Positions 18,208 through 27,757 of a stretch of DNA of 64,000 bases are shown here, one piece after another. Within the stretch, counting starts at the first letter, position 1, and each line of letters starts with the position of its first letter. The position numbers and the translations under genes are program-made. The stretch is from assembly GCA_964519305.1 (NCBI GenBank), contig CAZFHY010000017.1, positions 17,577 to 81,576 of the forward strand, in the 5' to 3' direction. The notes under the pieces were generated by a model that was given only the letters and a program-made list of their open reading frames with translations, had not been told where the DNA came from and did no database searches. Source of the DNA: Candidatus Undinarchaeota archaeon. Lineage in GTDB: Archaea > SpSt-1190 > JASMDC01.

Positions 18208-19578
18208 TCAGTTCCGCAGGCTCTTCACAGGAGCAGGGATGCGTCCGCCCCGTGCGATGAACGCCTTGGAGGCGAACTTTGAGACCGGCATGATTGTGGA
18301 ACCGCCGAGCAGACCGCCAAAGGAGACCGTCTCGCCCGCCTTCTTTCCGGGTACGGGGATGAGCCGGCTCGCGGTGGTCTTGTTGTTGATGACCCCGATG
18401 GCCGCCTCGTCGGCGATGATGGCCGACAGGGTCTCTGCGGGAGTGTCGCCAGGGACGGCGATCATGTCCAGGCCCACCGAGCACACGGATGTCATGGCCT
18501 CGAGCTTCTCAAGGGTGAGCGCACCTTCTGCTGCGGCCTCGACCAGACCCGGATCCTCGCACACCGGGATGAAGGCCCCGGAGAGCCCGCCCACGTAGGA
18601 CGTGGCCATGGCCCCGCCCTTCTTCACAGCGTCCGTGAGGAGCGCGAGCGCTGCAGTGCTGCCGGGAGCGCCCGCTCGCTGCAGGCCCATGGTCTCCAGG
18701 ATCTCGCCAACGCTGTCACCGCGTGTAGGGCTGGGGGCCAGCGAGATATCGATGATGCCGAACTCCACGTCCAGACGTCCGGCCATCTCGCGGCCGATGA
18801 GCTCACCGACGCGGGTGATCTTGAAGGCCGTGCGCTTGACCTCTTCCGCGACTGCACCCAGGCTCCTGCCCTCAAGCTTATCGAGGGCAGCCTTGACGGT
18901 CCCGGGGCCGGAGATGCCCACGCTCACCACTGCCTCGGGTTCCTCTGCGCCATGGAACGCACCCGCCATGAAGGGATTGTCTGAAGGGGCGTTGGCGAAC
19001 ACGACGAGCTTGGCGCACCCGATACCACCGCTGTCAGCGGTACGTGCAGCGATATCCTTGATGAGCGCACCGATACGGAGCACGGCGTCCATGTTTATGC
19101 CCGCCTTGGTACTGGCCACGTTCACCGACGAGCACACACGCTCCGTGGACGCGAGGGCGGCCGGAAGGCTCTCGAGCAGCATACGGTCGGCGTCAGTGAA
19201 TCCCTTCTCGACCAGCGCCGAGTAACCGCCGATGAAATCTATCCCTATACGCTTGGCCACATCGTCCATGGACCTGGCCACAGCGCAGCCGGCCTCCTCC
19301 GGATCGGCGTCCTTGAGCGGTGCCAGGAGGAAAGAGATGGGTGTGAGGGAGACGCGCTTGTTGACGATCGGGATGCCGTACCGCTCGGCGACGCCGTCGG
19401 CGGTGCCCACAAGGTTCCCCGCATAGCGGAGCACCTTCTCCTTGATCTTTGAGCACAGCGCGTCAAGGTCGGGATCGGCGCAGTCCATCACGTTGATACC
19501 CATGGTGACGGTGCGAACGTCCAGGTTCTGGACGCTGATCATTTCGATGGTCTCCATGATCTCTTCGGGTCTGTACAT
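18208..19578 (-). CDS. DUF711/UPF0210 (PFL-like family) protein
   Basis: [64 protein letters not shown]. Confidence 0.95.
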   Translation of the reverse strand: MYRPEEIMETIEMISVQNLDVRTVTMGINVMDCADPDLDALCSKIKEKVLRYAGNLVGTADGVAERYGIPIVNKRVSLTPISFLLAPLKDADPEEAGCAVARSMDDVAKRIGIDFIGGYSALVEKGFTDADRMLLESLPAALASTERVCSSVNVASTKAGINMDAVLRIGALIKDIAARTADSGGIGCAKLVVFANAPSDNPFMAGAFHGAEEPEAVVSVGISGPGTVKAALDKLEGRSLGAVAEEVKRTAFKITRVGELIGREMAGRLDVEFGIIDISLAPSPTRGDSVGEILETMGLQRAGAPGSTAALALLTDAVKKGGAMATSYVGGLSGAFIPVCEDPGLVEAAAEGALTLEKLEAMTSVCSVGLDMIAVPGDTPAETLSAIIADEAAIGVINNKTTASRLIPVPGKKAGETVSFGGLLGGSTIMPVSKFASKAFIARGGRIPAPVKSLRN

Positions 19579-19590
19579 GGTGATCGCCCC

Positions 19591-19872
19591 CTAGACCCGG
19601 TGCATGAACTCGAAGATGTCGTGGTGCTGGATGTACACCTTGACGCCCAGCCGATCGGCCTCTTTCTCAAGTTCCTTCTTCAGTTCGGTGAGACCAAGAT
19701 CGGAACTGGCGATATCAGCGAGCACGATCATCGCGAAGAACTCCTGCATGATCGTGGAGTTCAGGTCCTCGATGTTCACACCCTGTTGTGCCAGCACGTT
19801 GGTGATGCCGGCAACGATGCCTGTCCTGTCCTTACCCACGATCGTGATGATGACCTGCTCCTTGTCGCTCAT
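19591..19872 (-). CDS. ACT domain protein (UPF0237)
   Basis: IITIVGKDRTGIVA...NIEDLNSTI...IFEFMHRV; usual DUF711 partner. Confidence 0.93.
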   Translation of the reverse strand: MSDKEQVIITIVGKDRTGIVAGITNVLAQQGVNIEDLNSTIMQEFFAMIVLADIASSDLGLTELKKELEKEADRLGVKVYIQHHDIFEFMHRV

Positions 19873-19927
19873 GGACCCGGGAACGGACGGTCAGAGTTAT
19901 AGGTTTGACGTGCAGGCACCGGTCCGT

Positions 19928-19941
19928 TGAAACCGGTTTCA
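19928..19941. promoter_or_regulatory. perfect palindrome, candidate operator
   Basis: TGAAACCGGTTTCA in a divergent intergenic region. Confidence 0.45.
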
Positions 19942-20007
19942 CCGTCCTGTTTTTAAGCTGTTTCTTACTTATACGGTAGCAGACGAGACCTGAACGGATG
20001 TGATACC

Positions 20008-20163
20008 ATGACAAGAATCATCAACCTGTGCAACGACGGCTGCTGTCCCGTCATCGAGATCGGCGAGCATGAGGTGCGCATCGGCGAGGAAGGGAACCTT
20101 TGTACCCTCTCCCGCGACGAGTGGAACACCCTCGTACATAAGATCAAGAACGACGAGATATAG
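20008..20163 (+). CDS. 51-aa Cys-rich protein (below ORF-track cutoff)
   Basis: MTRIINLCNDGCCPVIEIGEHEVRIGEEGNLCTLSRDEWNTLVHKIKNDEI; strong codon bias; followed by a hairpin. Confidence 0.8.
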   Translation: MTRIINLCNDGCCPVIEIGEHEVRIGEEGNLCTLSRDEWNTLVHKIKNDEI

Positions 20164-20171
20164 GTACCTGT

Positions 20172-20208
20172 GGGGCGGTGCCCTCGGGTATCGCCCCGTT
20201 CTCTCTTT
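20172..20208 (+). terminator. hairpin plus pyrimidine tract
   Basis: GGGGCGGTGCCC-TC-GGGTATCGCCCC-GTTCTCTCTTT. Confidence 0.55.
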
Positions 20209-20267
20209 CTTAGTGGATGGTCATTTACGGTACGATGCGCCTGACATGTCTCTATTAGGGATACCCC

Positions 20268-20310
20268 ATCAGTAGAATCAGAAAAATCAGAAAAGTATAA
20301 ATATTCAGAA
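20268..20310 (+). promoter_or_regulatory. BRE/TATA promoter with 9-bp phased direct repeats
   Basis: ATCAGTAGA ATCAGAAAA ATCAGAAAA GTATAAATA TTCAGAA. Confidence 0.55.
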
Positions 20311-20326
20311 CCCCTAACTCTTTGGT

Positions 20327-20611
20327 ATGTGCGGAGGGAACGATGAAGGTCAGTGCTGCGACGGCACCGGTGGTATCCTGGGAGGTTTCCAGGTCGATGC
20401 GGTCGTGAGCGTTGACGAGCGGGGCCAGATGGTGCTCCCCAAGGAGATACGACGCAAGGCCGAGCTCCAACCTGGTGACAAACTCGCCCTGGTCACGTGC
20501 GAGAAGGACGGTAAGATAACCTGCATAACCCTCATGAAGGTCGATGCACTGGCCGAGATGGTGCGCTCGAAGCTAGGGCCCGTGCTCAGGGAGGCCCTGG
20601 GCGACCAGTAG
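20327..20611 (+). CDS. AbrB/SpoVT-type DNA-binding protein, HgcC (HgcAB-associated)-like
   Basis: VVSVDERGQMVLPKEIRRKAELQPGDKLALV, N-terminal CC and C-x(7)-C. Confidence 0.82.
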   Translation: MCGGNDEGQCCDGTGGILGGFQVDAVVSVDERGQMVLPKEIRRKAELQPGDKLALVTCEKDGKITCITLMKVDALAEMVRSKLGPVLREALGDQ

Positions 20612-20620
20612 GGGGTGTGG

Positions 20621-21451
20621 ATGATGGACGAGAACAAGATCAAGAGAACAGTACGAAAGGAGTACGGGAAGATCGCCGCTGAGGGGAGCTCGTGCTGCAG
20701 CTGTGGTTGTGACTGCGGTCCGGCTGCCGACTCAGCAAAGACGATCAGCGCCGGGATCGGCTACACTGACGACCAGATGGGCGCAGTACCGGAGGGCTCG
20801 AACCTGGGCCTGGGCTGTGGTAATCCGACTGCCTTGGGTGCGCTTGAGCCGGGACAGACCGTGCTGGACCTCGGTTCAGGAGCGGGCTTCGACTGCTTCC
20901 TTGCAGCGCGGAAGGTCGGTCCGGAAGGTCGGGTCATCGGTGTCGACATGACCCCTGAGATGCTGGAGCGGGCCCGAGAGAACGCACGGAAGGACGGGTT
21001 CGATAACGTGGAGTTCCGGATGGGTGAGATCGAGCACCTGCCGGTAGAGGACGCGTCCGTGGACGTGATAATTTCCAACTGCGTCATCAACCTCTCGCCG
21101 GACAAGGAGCAGGTGTTCCGCGAGGCCTTCAGGGTGCTCAGGCCGGGAGGACGGCTCTATATATCGGACATCGTGCTCCTCAAGCCGCTCCCTGAAGCGA
21201 TCCTGAAGAGCGCAGGGGCCTACGTTGGATGCATCTCCGGTGCCATCCTCAAGGAAGACTACCTGTCGCAGGTCGGCGAGGCCGGGTTCGGGAGGATGGA
21301 CGTGATCAAAGAGACCGTCTTCCCCATAGAGCTCATGCTCAACGATCCCACGGCCCAGGCCATCATCAGAGAACTTGAGCTGACGGAGGAGGAGCTGAAG
21401 GGGCTCGCCGGTACGGTCGTGAGCCTACAGTTCACGGCGGAGAAGGTCTAG
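20621..21451 (+). CDS. arsM: arsenite S-adenosylmethionine methyltransferase
   Basis: [42 protein letters not shown]. Confidence 0.93.
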   Translation: MMDENKIKRTVRKEYGKIAAEGSSCCSCGCDCGPAADSAKTISAGIGYTDDQMGAVPEGSNLGLGCGNPTALGALEPGQTVLDLGSGAGFDCFLAARKVGPEGRVIGVDMTPEMLERARENARKDGFDNVEFRMGEIEHLPVEDASVDVIISNCVINLSPDKEQVFREAFRVLRPGGRLYISDIVLLKPLPEAILKSAGAYVGCISGAILKEDYLSQVGEAGFGRMDVIKETVFPIELMLNDPTAQAIIRELELTEEELKGLAGTVVSLQFTAEKV

Positions 21452-21501
21452 AGGGCAGGCACCGCAGGGTTCAAAAGGCTTGGTATCCAGGTCATCGACA
21501 T

Positions 21502-22137
21502 ATGCCTCGTCATCCGTTCGTCAACGTCCGGATAGCCGGGTACTGCGGCCTCGCCGCCTTCGCGGTCGCATTCGCCTGCATCATGCTCGCCACCACCGCC
21601 TCGCCCTGGTTCTCATGGACTGAGAGCTGGCTGAGCGACCTTGGGGGGCCCGAGGGTGAGAACGTGGTCGTGGCCGGCAACCTCACCGCAGCGAACCTGT
21701 TCAACAACGGCATCATGCTGGCCTCGCTGCTGGGCCTAGGTCTCGTGGGCGGGCTCTGGGGGTACCCGGGGCTGGACAATCCATGGGGCCAGCGGGGGCT
21801 CATCCTCCTGGCGCTCGACCTGGTGGCCCTGTTCGGCGTAGGATTGTTCCCCATCTCGCCTGATGGATTGCACGATCTTGCCGCTGTACCATTTTTCATC
21901 CTCATCCCCGCATCGTTGCTCGCGCTCGCGAAGGGATTGGGTGATTCGGGTGATGACGAGCATGCCAGGACAATGGGCGTGCTGGGGGCGATAGCCCTCG
22001 TCACCGTGCCCCTCATCGAGGTAGTTCCGCAGCCATGGGGCAACAATGCGTTCATGGAGGCCATTCCCTCGCTAGCGCTGGGGATAGCGAGCGTGGTGTC
22101 CGGTCGGTGGCTGCTCGTTGTGAACGAGGACGACTAG
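21502..22137 (+). CDS. DUF998 family membrane protein
   Basis: PWFSWTESWLSDLG, FNNG, VGLFP...LH; several TM helices. Confidence 0.8.
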   Translation: MPRHPFVNVRIAGYCGLAAFAVAFACIMLATTASPWFSWTESWLSDLGGPEGENVVVAGNLTAANLFNNGIMLASLLGLGLVGGLWGYPGLDNPWGQRGLILLALDLVALFGVGLFPISPDGLHDLAAVPFFILIPASLLALAKGLGDSGDDEHARTMGVLGAIALVTVPLIEVVPQPWGNNAFMEAIPSLALGIASVVSGRWLLVVNEDD

Positions 22138-24476
22138 GCCGGTTCCAACGCGGACCCGATTACACGACACAGCACATGGCCGAAGGGACCGCTCTGTTCA
22201 TCAGCGCAGGTCTTCAACCAGGCTGCGAACCTCTCCTCCAGCACGGTGATGGGCGGCACGATCATCAATGCTCCGATGAGGGCCGAGGTCACGCCGATGG
22301 AGAGGGTGAGCCCCATGCGGTCCATGCCCGGGTTGTCCCCTATGGTCATGGCCATGAAGCCCATTATGGTCGTGATGGTGGTCACGGTGATAGCGCTCCC
22401 TACCGAGCGGTAGGTCTGGGCCATGGCCTCGGAGGACGGTAGCGTCTTTCGCAGCCCGTGGTAACGATGGGCAAGGTGGAGCGAGAAGTCGATACCAAGA
22501 CCCATGATCATGCTGAACACGCTCGACGTTGCCATGGTCATGTGTATGCCCGCGTACCCCATGACGCCACGCACCCACACCATGCTGATCATCATCGGTG
22601 CAAGGCATACAAGGGCAAGGGCCGGTGAGCGGTAGATGAGGAACACGATCACCATGACGAAGATGAGACCCCACATGGTGGTCCTGGCCATATCACCGCC
22701 GATGAGCTTGCCGATGATCCGGCCGAAGGCGGGTCCACCGCTGTACGCCACGGTGATGTGCGATGGGAAGTTCATCTCTGCGACGTCACGCTCGATGGCG
22801 GTCATGAACTTCTCGTTCAGCGTCTGCTCGTTGCCTATGCTCGTGCCCACGGACATGAGCAGGATGTCCCGCTTCTTGTTGTAGTACCTGCCTAGCTTCC
22901 CACGGTCCTCGACGGCCTTGAGGAGCTCGCGCTCGTCGTAGGGGACGCGCTCACGCCCCGGGATGCGCCGCTCCTGGAACGCCTCCCAGGGATCGCCCAC
23001 GCTGTCCACGTGCTCCTCCCTGGCGATGAACTGGGACATCCGATGGAGCTCTTCAAGGAACTCACGGTCCACCAGCGAGTCGGGTGCAGGGTACACGTCG
23101 TTGAGCTGGAACACGATGAAGGCCGACTCGGCACCCCCGAACTCGTTCTCGAATGAGTCCATGGAGCGGACCACGGAGAGGCTCTTGGGGGAGTCGGCGG
23201 ACATGTCCGTGAGCGTCTTGACGTACTGTGCGCCGTTGGCCATGAACGCCGTGAACACGATGAGCACGACCATGGTGGTCACGGGCCAGGACTCGACCAG
23301 CGTCCCCACGGCCACGAAGAACCGGTCCAGGAACTGGACCCGGATAACCTCTACGGGTCCCTTGCGACCTTTCTCGGTGATGACCAGTAGTGCTACAAGT
23401 AGCACGAGCGAAGAGAGCATGCTGAAGAAGATGCCAAGTGCGAGGACGGTCCCCAGGTCCTGGATACCCGGCATCCGGCCCATCCTCATGGCCAGGAACC
23501 CGGCCATGGTGGTGGTGGCGGTGGCAAGCACAGCCATCCCAAGATCGGACAGGGTCTCCTCCACGGCCTCCTCTACCGACTTCCCTTCCTCACGCTCCTC
23601 CAGGTAGCGGTGGACCACGTGGATCCCGTAGTCGATGCCGATACCGATGAGCATGGCGCCGATCCCTACGGTGATGGTGGAGAGCGGGATGTCCAGCATC
23701 TCCATGAACCCGGCGGTCCAGATGACCGAGAGGATGATGGGGAGCATGGGGATGGCAGCTGTGGTCCCCGAGCGGAAGTAGAGGTAGAGCGTGATGAATA
23801 CCAGGAGGAGGCTGTAACCGATTGAGTCCCGGGCACCGCCCACGAGCACGATCATCATCACACGCATCATCGATGGCCTGCCAGTGATCTCGACGCGGAT
23901 TCCCATTGGGGGTTGGGCGAACTGGATGGCGTCCCTGACGCTGTCCTCGAACTTCTCAAGCCTCGTGGCGTCGACGCTCACGGCGCCGAAACCGAACACG
24001 ACAGAACGTGTGTATGCTTTGTTGTAGAAACGTCCCAGAGAGCCCATCTGGTCGTGGAGCGCGATGGATCCCTCCATGGTCGTAGGGAAGGGACGGTGCC
24101 GGTCGATGATGGTCTTTGCGGCAGAGTCCGCCGACGACAGCTCCTTCACGTCCTCCAGCCGCTCGCCGAGCGCCCGTGTGAAAGTTAGCACCCGCGGATC
24201 GCGCATGTCACGCACAGCATCGGGCTCGTCAACTGAGTCGTCCAGCTCCAGAAGGAGGATGACCGTGTCCTGGTTCCCGTACTCGTTGGAGATGAACTGC
24301 ATGGTCTGGAGAACGTCCAGGTCCTCGGGGATGAACTTGGTCATATCTGTCTCGAGCTTGAGCTTGATCGCGTGGGTGTAGACCACTCCGGTCGCCATGA
24401 GGAACACAGCCACCACGATGTACGGATGGCGGTAGATCTGGCGCCCCAGCCATCGCAATATCCTTTTCGCGACCAT
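22134..24476 (-). CDS. RND/MMPL family transporter (HAE3-like)
   Basis: Two repeats with GIGIDYGIH / GLGIDFSLH and TTMAGF / TTIMGF. Confidence 0.92.
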   Translation of the reverse strand: MVAKRILRWLGRQIYRHPYIVVAVFLMATGVVYTHAIKLKLETDMTKFIPEDLDVLQTMQFISNEYGNQDTVILLLELDDSVDEPDAVRDMRDPRVLTFTRALGERLEDVKELSSADSAAKTIIDRHRPFPTTMEGSIALHDQMGSLGRFYNKAYTRSVVFGFGAVSVDATRLEKFEDSVRDAIQFAQPPMGIRVEITGRPSMMRVMMIVLVGGARDSIGYSLLLVFITLYLYFRSGTTAAIPMLPIILSVIWTAGFMEMLDIPLSTITVGIGAMLIGIGIDYGIHVVHRYLEEREEGKSVEEAVEETLSDLGMAVLATATTTMAGFLAMRMGRMPGIQDLGTVLALGIFFSMLSSLVLLVALLVITEKGRKGPVEVIRVQFLDRFFVAVGTLVESWPVTTMVVLIVFTAFMANGAQYVKTLTDMSADSPKSLSVVRSMDSFENEFGGAESAFIVFQLNDVYPAPDSLVDREFLEELHRMSQFIAREEHVDSVGDPWEAFQERRIPGRERVPYDERELLKAVEDRGKLGRYYNKKRDILLMSVGTSIGNEQTLNEKFMTAIERDVAEMNFPSHITVAYSGGPAFGRIIGKLIGGDMARTTMWGLIFVMVIVFLIYRSPALALVCLAPMMISMVWVRGVMGYAGIHMTMATSSVFSMIMGLGIDFSLHLAHRYHGLRKTLPSSEAMAQTYRSVGSAITVTTITTIMGFMAMTIGDNPGMDRMGLTLSIGVTSALIGALMIVPPITVLEERFAAWLKTCADEQSGPFGHVLCRVIGSALEPA

Positions 24477-24501
24477 GGTCGGTGACCGTCCTCCGACGTT
24501 G

Positions 24502-26568
24502 TTACTTCTTCTTGTCGGTGTCGTCCGGCTTACGCGTCACGTAGTACACGAGACCACCGGCCAGGAGCACGACAGCTGCGATGGGAGCCAGCTGTGAGCT
24601 GAGGGGCGCATCCTCGCCGGCCATACGCCTGCCGCCTCCGGTGACGGCAAGGTTCTGGGTATCCTCGAACACGTACACGTTGGAATCGCCGATGTCACGG
24701 TCGCCGACCGCCCTGAGCTCGAAGGCGAGGCGGTAATCCTTGGGAGTCCCGTCGGTCTCGATCCTGCCCGCGAGCACGCCCACGGCGGTCTGGCCGGGAG
24801 CGATGTTGCCCAGATAGTCGCTCTTGGTCTCGAACACGAAGGGGACGTCGCCCTCCACGACCGCCTTGATCGATGCGGACTCGGCCTCCTCGCTACCGGT
24901 GTTCTGGACAGTGATCGTCAGCTCGAACTCGTCGCCCGGTCTGAGGGCCGAGGCTTTTAGCTCGCCTATGGAGAGCTTGGGCTTCTCGTTGACGATGAGG
25001 GTGTAGGTCTGCTGTCCGGTAAGGGCGGATCCTGCGGTGTCGGTGAACGTTAGGTCGATGGTGACGATGTAGTCGCCAGGCTTCGTGCCCTCGGGCACAT
25101 CGAACCTGAACTGGGCAGAGTTGCTTGTGTCCTTGGCCACGTTGCCCAGGACCGAGCGACGGTTGCCGCCGAAGTCAAGGGCGTCGGACGTGGCGACGGC
25201 CACGACGTTCTTGGCCATCCCCGTGCCTACATTGTTGATGTCGATGGCGAGGAGCACATCGTCGTCACCGGGTCGCACCTTCTCGGGATCCACGGACGTG
25301 TCTCCAAGACGGAGCTCGGGCTTACCCTGGACGGAGAGGCCGATGATGGACTCGGCGGAGCTCTCGGTCCCCAGCGCATCCTCGTAGGCGAGCGCGGCGG
25401 TCAGCTGGTATGCGCCCTCGGGTGTCTTGGGCGCGGCGTACACCTGGACGGCTAGTCGTGCCTCAGCGTCAGATACCAGTTCACGAACGAGGTACTGCGA
25501 CGAGCCCAGCGGGATGACGCCGTCCACGGTTACGGGCAGGCTCACTGAACCCACCATCTGGGCAGCGGAGGCCACCATGGCCATGGTCGGATCGGCCATC
25601 ATCGCCTGTGCCGCACCTGCGCCACCGGCACCCTGCTCCTGGCTCTGGTACGCGCTCACCCGGGTGAGCGAGAAGCGCACGTTCTTGGCCACGGCACTAC
25701 CGGCGTTGCGCAGTACGAAGACGAGGTCCTTGGTCTCGCCGGGCGTGAAGGTGTCAAGGCCCTCGATATCCGCGAGCTCGACGACCGGTTCTGTATTGTC
25801 GACGTGCAGGCCGAGCTGGAGCGTTGGATTGGTGGACCCGCTGTCGTCCTCGATGGTGATGGGGAGCGTGTAGAATCCCGATGCCCGGGCGCTGATCTGG
25901 AGCACGAGGTCGATGTAGGTAAGACGGCCGGGGAGCACATCGCCGAGGGCGAACACGTTCCCGGTCCCGCGGAGTGAGAAGAGCGTGGTGTCCTTGGAGC
26001 CTTCGGGCGTCGTCGCTACTGTCGCACGCACGTTCTCAGCGACCCCCTTTCCGGCGTTGCGGAGGGAGATGCGGAACTCGGTGGCGGTCCCTGACGGGAT
26101 AGTGTCCGGGATGGTGGTATCGTCGATGACAACGAGCGGATCGGCCTCGATCTCGAGGGTGAGCTCGGTCTCTTCGCGCAGCTCGTCGCAGGTGGGATGG
26201 CAGGTGACTATGTCGAGCTTGTAGGTACCCTCCTGGGCCCCCTCGTCCACGTCGAGGTAGAAGTCCTTGTAGATGACCGGGCGGCCGATAACGTCACCGA
26301 TGACCTCCACAGCGGGATGCCCCTCCCGTACTGAGAACGGATATTTTGGGTCCACGGCCAGGGTAAGGTCCTCCAGTGCCTTGTCGCCGCTGAACGTCAG
26401 CTTGAGCTTGAGGGTCATGGGCATACCCGGATTCAGCTCAGTGGGTTCGGTGGACACCTTAGTCACCGAAACGGCACCGTAGTCCTTGCCGGCGGCAGCG
26501 AGGCCGCACGGAGCGATAAGCATCGCGCAGAGCGCGAGGGTCAGTATCAGTAGGCTATCTTGTTCCAT
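24502..26568 (-). CDS. COG1361 S-layer-domain family protein
   Basis: Signal peptide, repeated Ig-like N.G...A.NV domains, C-terminal TM; usual RND partner. Confidence 0.85.
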   Translation of the reverse strand: MEQDSLLILTLALCAMLIAPCGLAAAGKDYGAVSVTKVSTEPTELNPGMPMTLKLKLTFSGDKALEDLTLAVDPKYPFSVREGHPAVEVIGDVIGRPVIYKDFYLDVDEGAQEGTYKLDIVTCHPTCDELREETELTLEIEADPLVVIDDTTIPDTIPSGTATEFRISLRNAGKGVAENVRATVATTPEGSKDTTLFSLRGTGNVFALGDVLPGRLTYIDLVLQISARASGFYTLPITIEDDSGSTNPTLQLGLHVDNTEPVVELADIEGLDTFTPGETKDLVFVLRNAGSAVAKNVRFSLTRVSAYQSQEQGAGGAGAAQAMMADPTMAMVASAAQMVGSVSLPVTVDGVIPLGSSQYLVRELVSDAEARLAVQVYAAPKTPEGAYQLTAALAYEDALGTESSAESIIGLSVQGKPELRLGDTSVDPEKVRPGDDDVLLAIDINNVGTGMAKNVVAVATSDALDFGGNRRSVLGNVAKDTSNSAQFRFDVPEGTKPGDYIVTIDLTFTDTAGSALTGQQTYTLIVNEKPKLSIGELKASALRPGDEFELTITVQNTGSEEAESASIKAVVEGDVPFVFETKSDYLGNIAPGQTAVGVLAGRIETDGTPKDYRLAFELRAVGDRDIGDSNVYVFEDTQNLAVTGGGRRMAGEDAPLSSQLAPIAAVVLLAGGLVYYVTRKPDDTDKKK

Positions 26569-26596
26569 TGTAGGTCACTCCTTTTTCTCGAATAGT

Positions 26597-27109
26597 TCAG
26601 TTCTCGCTCGATAATGCCTTTTCTCCGGCCTCGATGGTCCGGAGGATCTCCCGAGGGTCCTGTCGGCTCATGCGCTCGAGCACGGACAATAGCGCGACGG
26701 CCTTGTCGATGAGCTCATCGATGTGACCACACATCTGCGCATTACCCTCCTTGTCGTAGGCGCCCCGGATATCTCTGAGATGCCCGATGGCGATTGTGAT
26801 GGTGGGGATCGTCCTGAAGTGGATGGGTGTCATGAGGTCGGTGAGAGCGTGGCGACACACATAGTAACCGCGCCGGTCGCCCGGGACCTTGACCCTGTCC
26901 ACGTCCACGAATTCGCCCATCCCTGACAGGATCTTGGACACCTTGGGGACGGAGAAGCCCGTGAGCTCGGCGAGATCCTCCTGGGAGAGGGGCTCGTCGG
27001 CGGCGAAGAGGACGCCGTACACGGTAGCACCGTCCCCAGGGTAGCCGATGGCCTGACCGATCCTCATGATAAGGTTCACGAATCCTCGGTCTGCCTCCGA
27101 CAGCTCCAT
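26597..27109 (-). CDS. GbsR/MarR-like wHTH transcriptional regulator
   Basis: Start trimmed to ATG 27109; VYGVLFAADEPLSQEDLAELTGFSVPKVSKIL...VPGDRRGYY. Confidence 0.85.
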   Translation of the reverse strand: MELSEADRGFVNLIMRIGQAIGYPGDGATVYGVLFAADEPLSQEDLAELTGFSVPKVSKILSGMGEFVDVDRVKVPGDRRGYYVCRHALTDLMTPIHFRTIPTITIAIGHLRDIRGAYDKEGNAQMCGHIDELIDKAVALLSVLERMSRQDPREILRTIEAGEKALSSEN

Positions 27110-27140
27110 CAGGCGTGGCGGCGCACCACATGTTTTTAAG

Positions 27141-27160
27141 ATTTTCCAATTTTGGAAAAT
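27141..27160. promoter_or_regulatory. inverted repeat operator in a divergent promoter
   Basis: ATTTTCCAA-TT-TTGGAAAAT next to TTTTTAA. Confidence 0.6.
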
Positions 27161-27166
27161 TTCATA

Positions 27167-27757
27167 ATGGTCAAGAAGAGGAGCGCCTCGAAGAAGGGCA
27201 CGCGGAAGACCACACGGAAGCCTTCCTCGGATGTAGATAAGACCTCGGACGTCCGGGGCCCGACCTCTACCCCTGACGACCGCCTCGCCCGCGCCGTTCT
27301 CATTATCGCCGGTCTCGCCCTCCTCGTCGAGGGCTATGCGCTCGTGCGTCTCATGGCCATCACCGTGGCCGTCCCCGACCTGGCCGAGGTCGCTGCTTCC
27401 TTCGATAGCGCTGCACAGACCTCGTCGGCCATAACCGCCGCCATGGACGAGGTGGCCAAGAAGCTGGACGACCTGGAGGGAACAGCACGCACGCTTCCTG
27501 GTATGAGCTCGCTGGCAGCGGATATAACCCAGGTGAGCGGCAGGGTGCGCAAGGTGGGGAAGAGCACATCGGCGCTCGAGGGTGACCTGTCGGCGGCAGC
27601 CTCGTCGATGGCCGGTAGCGATTTCCGGTCGCTGGTGTCCCTGCACACCTTCCTTGTGGTGCAGACAATCGGCCTGATCCTCCTTCTAGTGGCCCTGCTA
27701 CTGGACGCGGCCATCCGGCTCGGTGTGGTCGGTAGGGACGCTGGTCCTAGCCCCTGA
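27167..27757 (+). CDS. 2-TM membrane protein with extracellular coiled-coil
   Basis: Basic N-tail, TM, Ala/Ser-rich helical region, TM. Confidence 0.7.
   Translation: MVKKRSASKKGTRKTTRKPSSDVDKTSDVRGPTSTPDDRLARAVLIIAGLALLVEGYALVRLMAITVAVPDLAEVAASFDSAAQTSSAITAAMDEVAKKLDDLEGTARTLPGMSSLAADITQVSGRVRKVGKSTSALEGDLSAAASSMAGSDFRSLVSLHTFLVVQTIGLILLLVALLLDAAIRLGVVGRDAGPSP

Noticed and set aside
20327-21451. Mercury methylation (hgcAB) locus
   Set aside because: No HgcA cap-helix motif or HgcB ferredoxin anywhere in the window
26597-27646. 349-aa version of the regulator ORF, and other long upstream extensions (purB to 35741, Xdh large subunit to 31747, aminotransferase from 13780, histone to 54166)
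   Set aside because: The extensions cross promoters or neighbouring genes; family similarity begins at downstream ATGs
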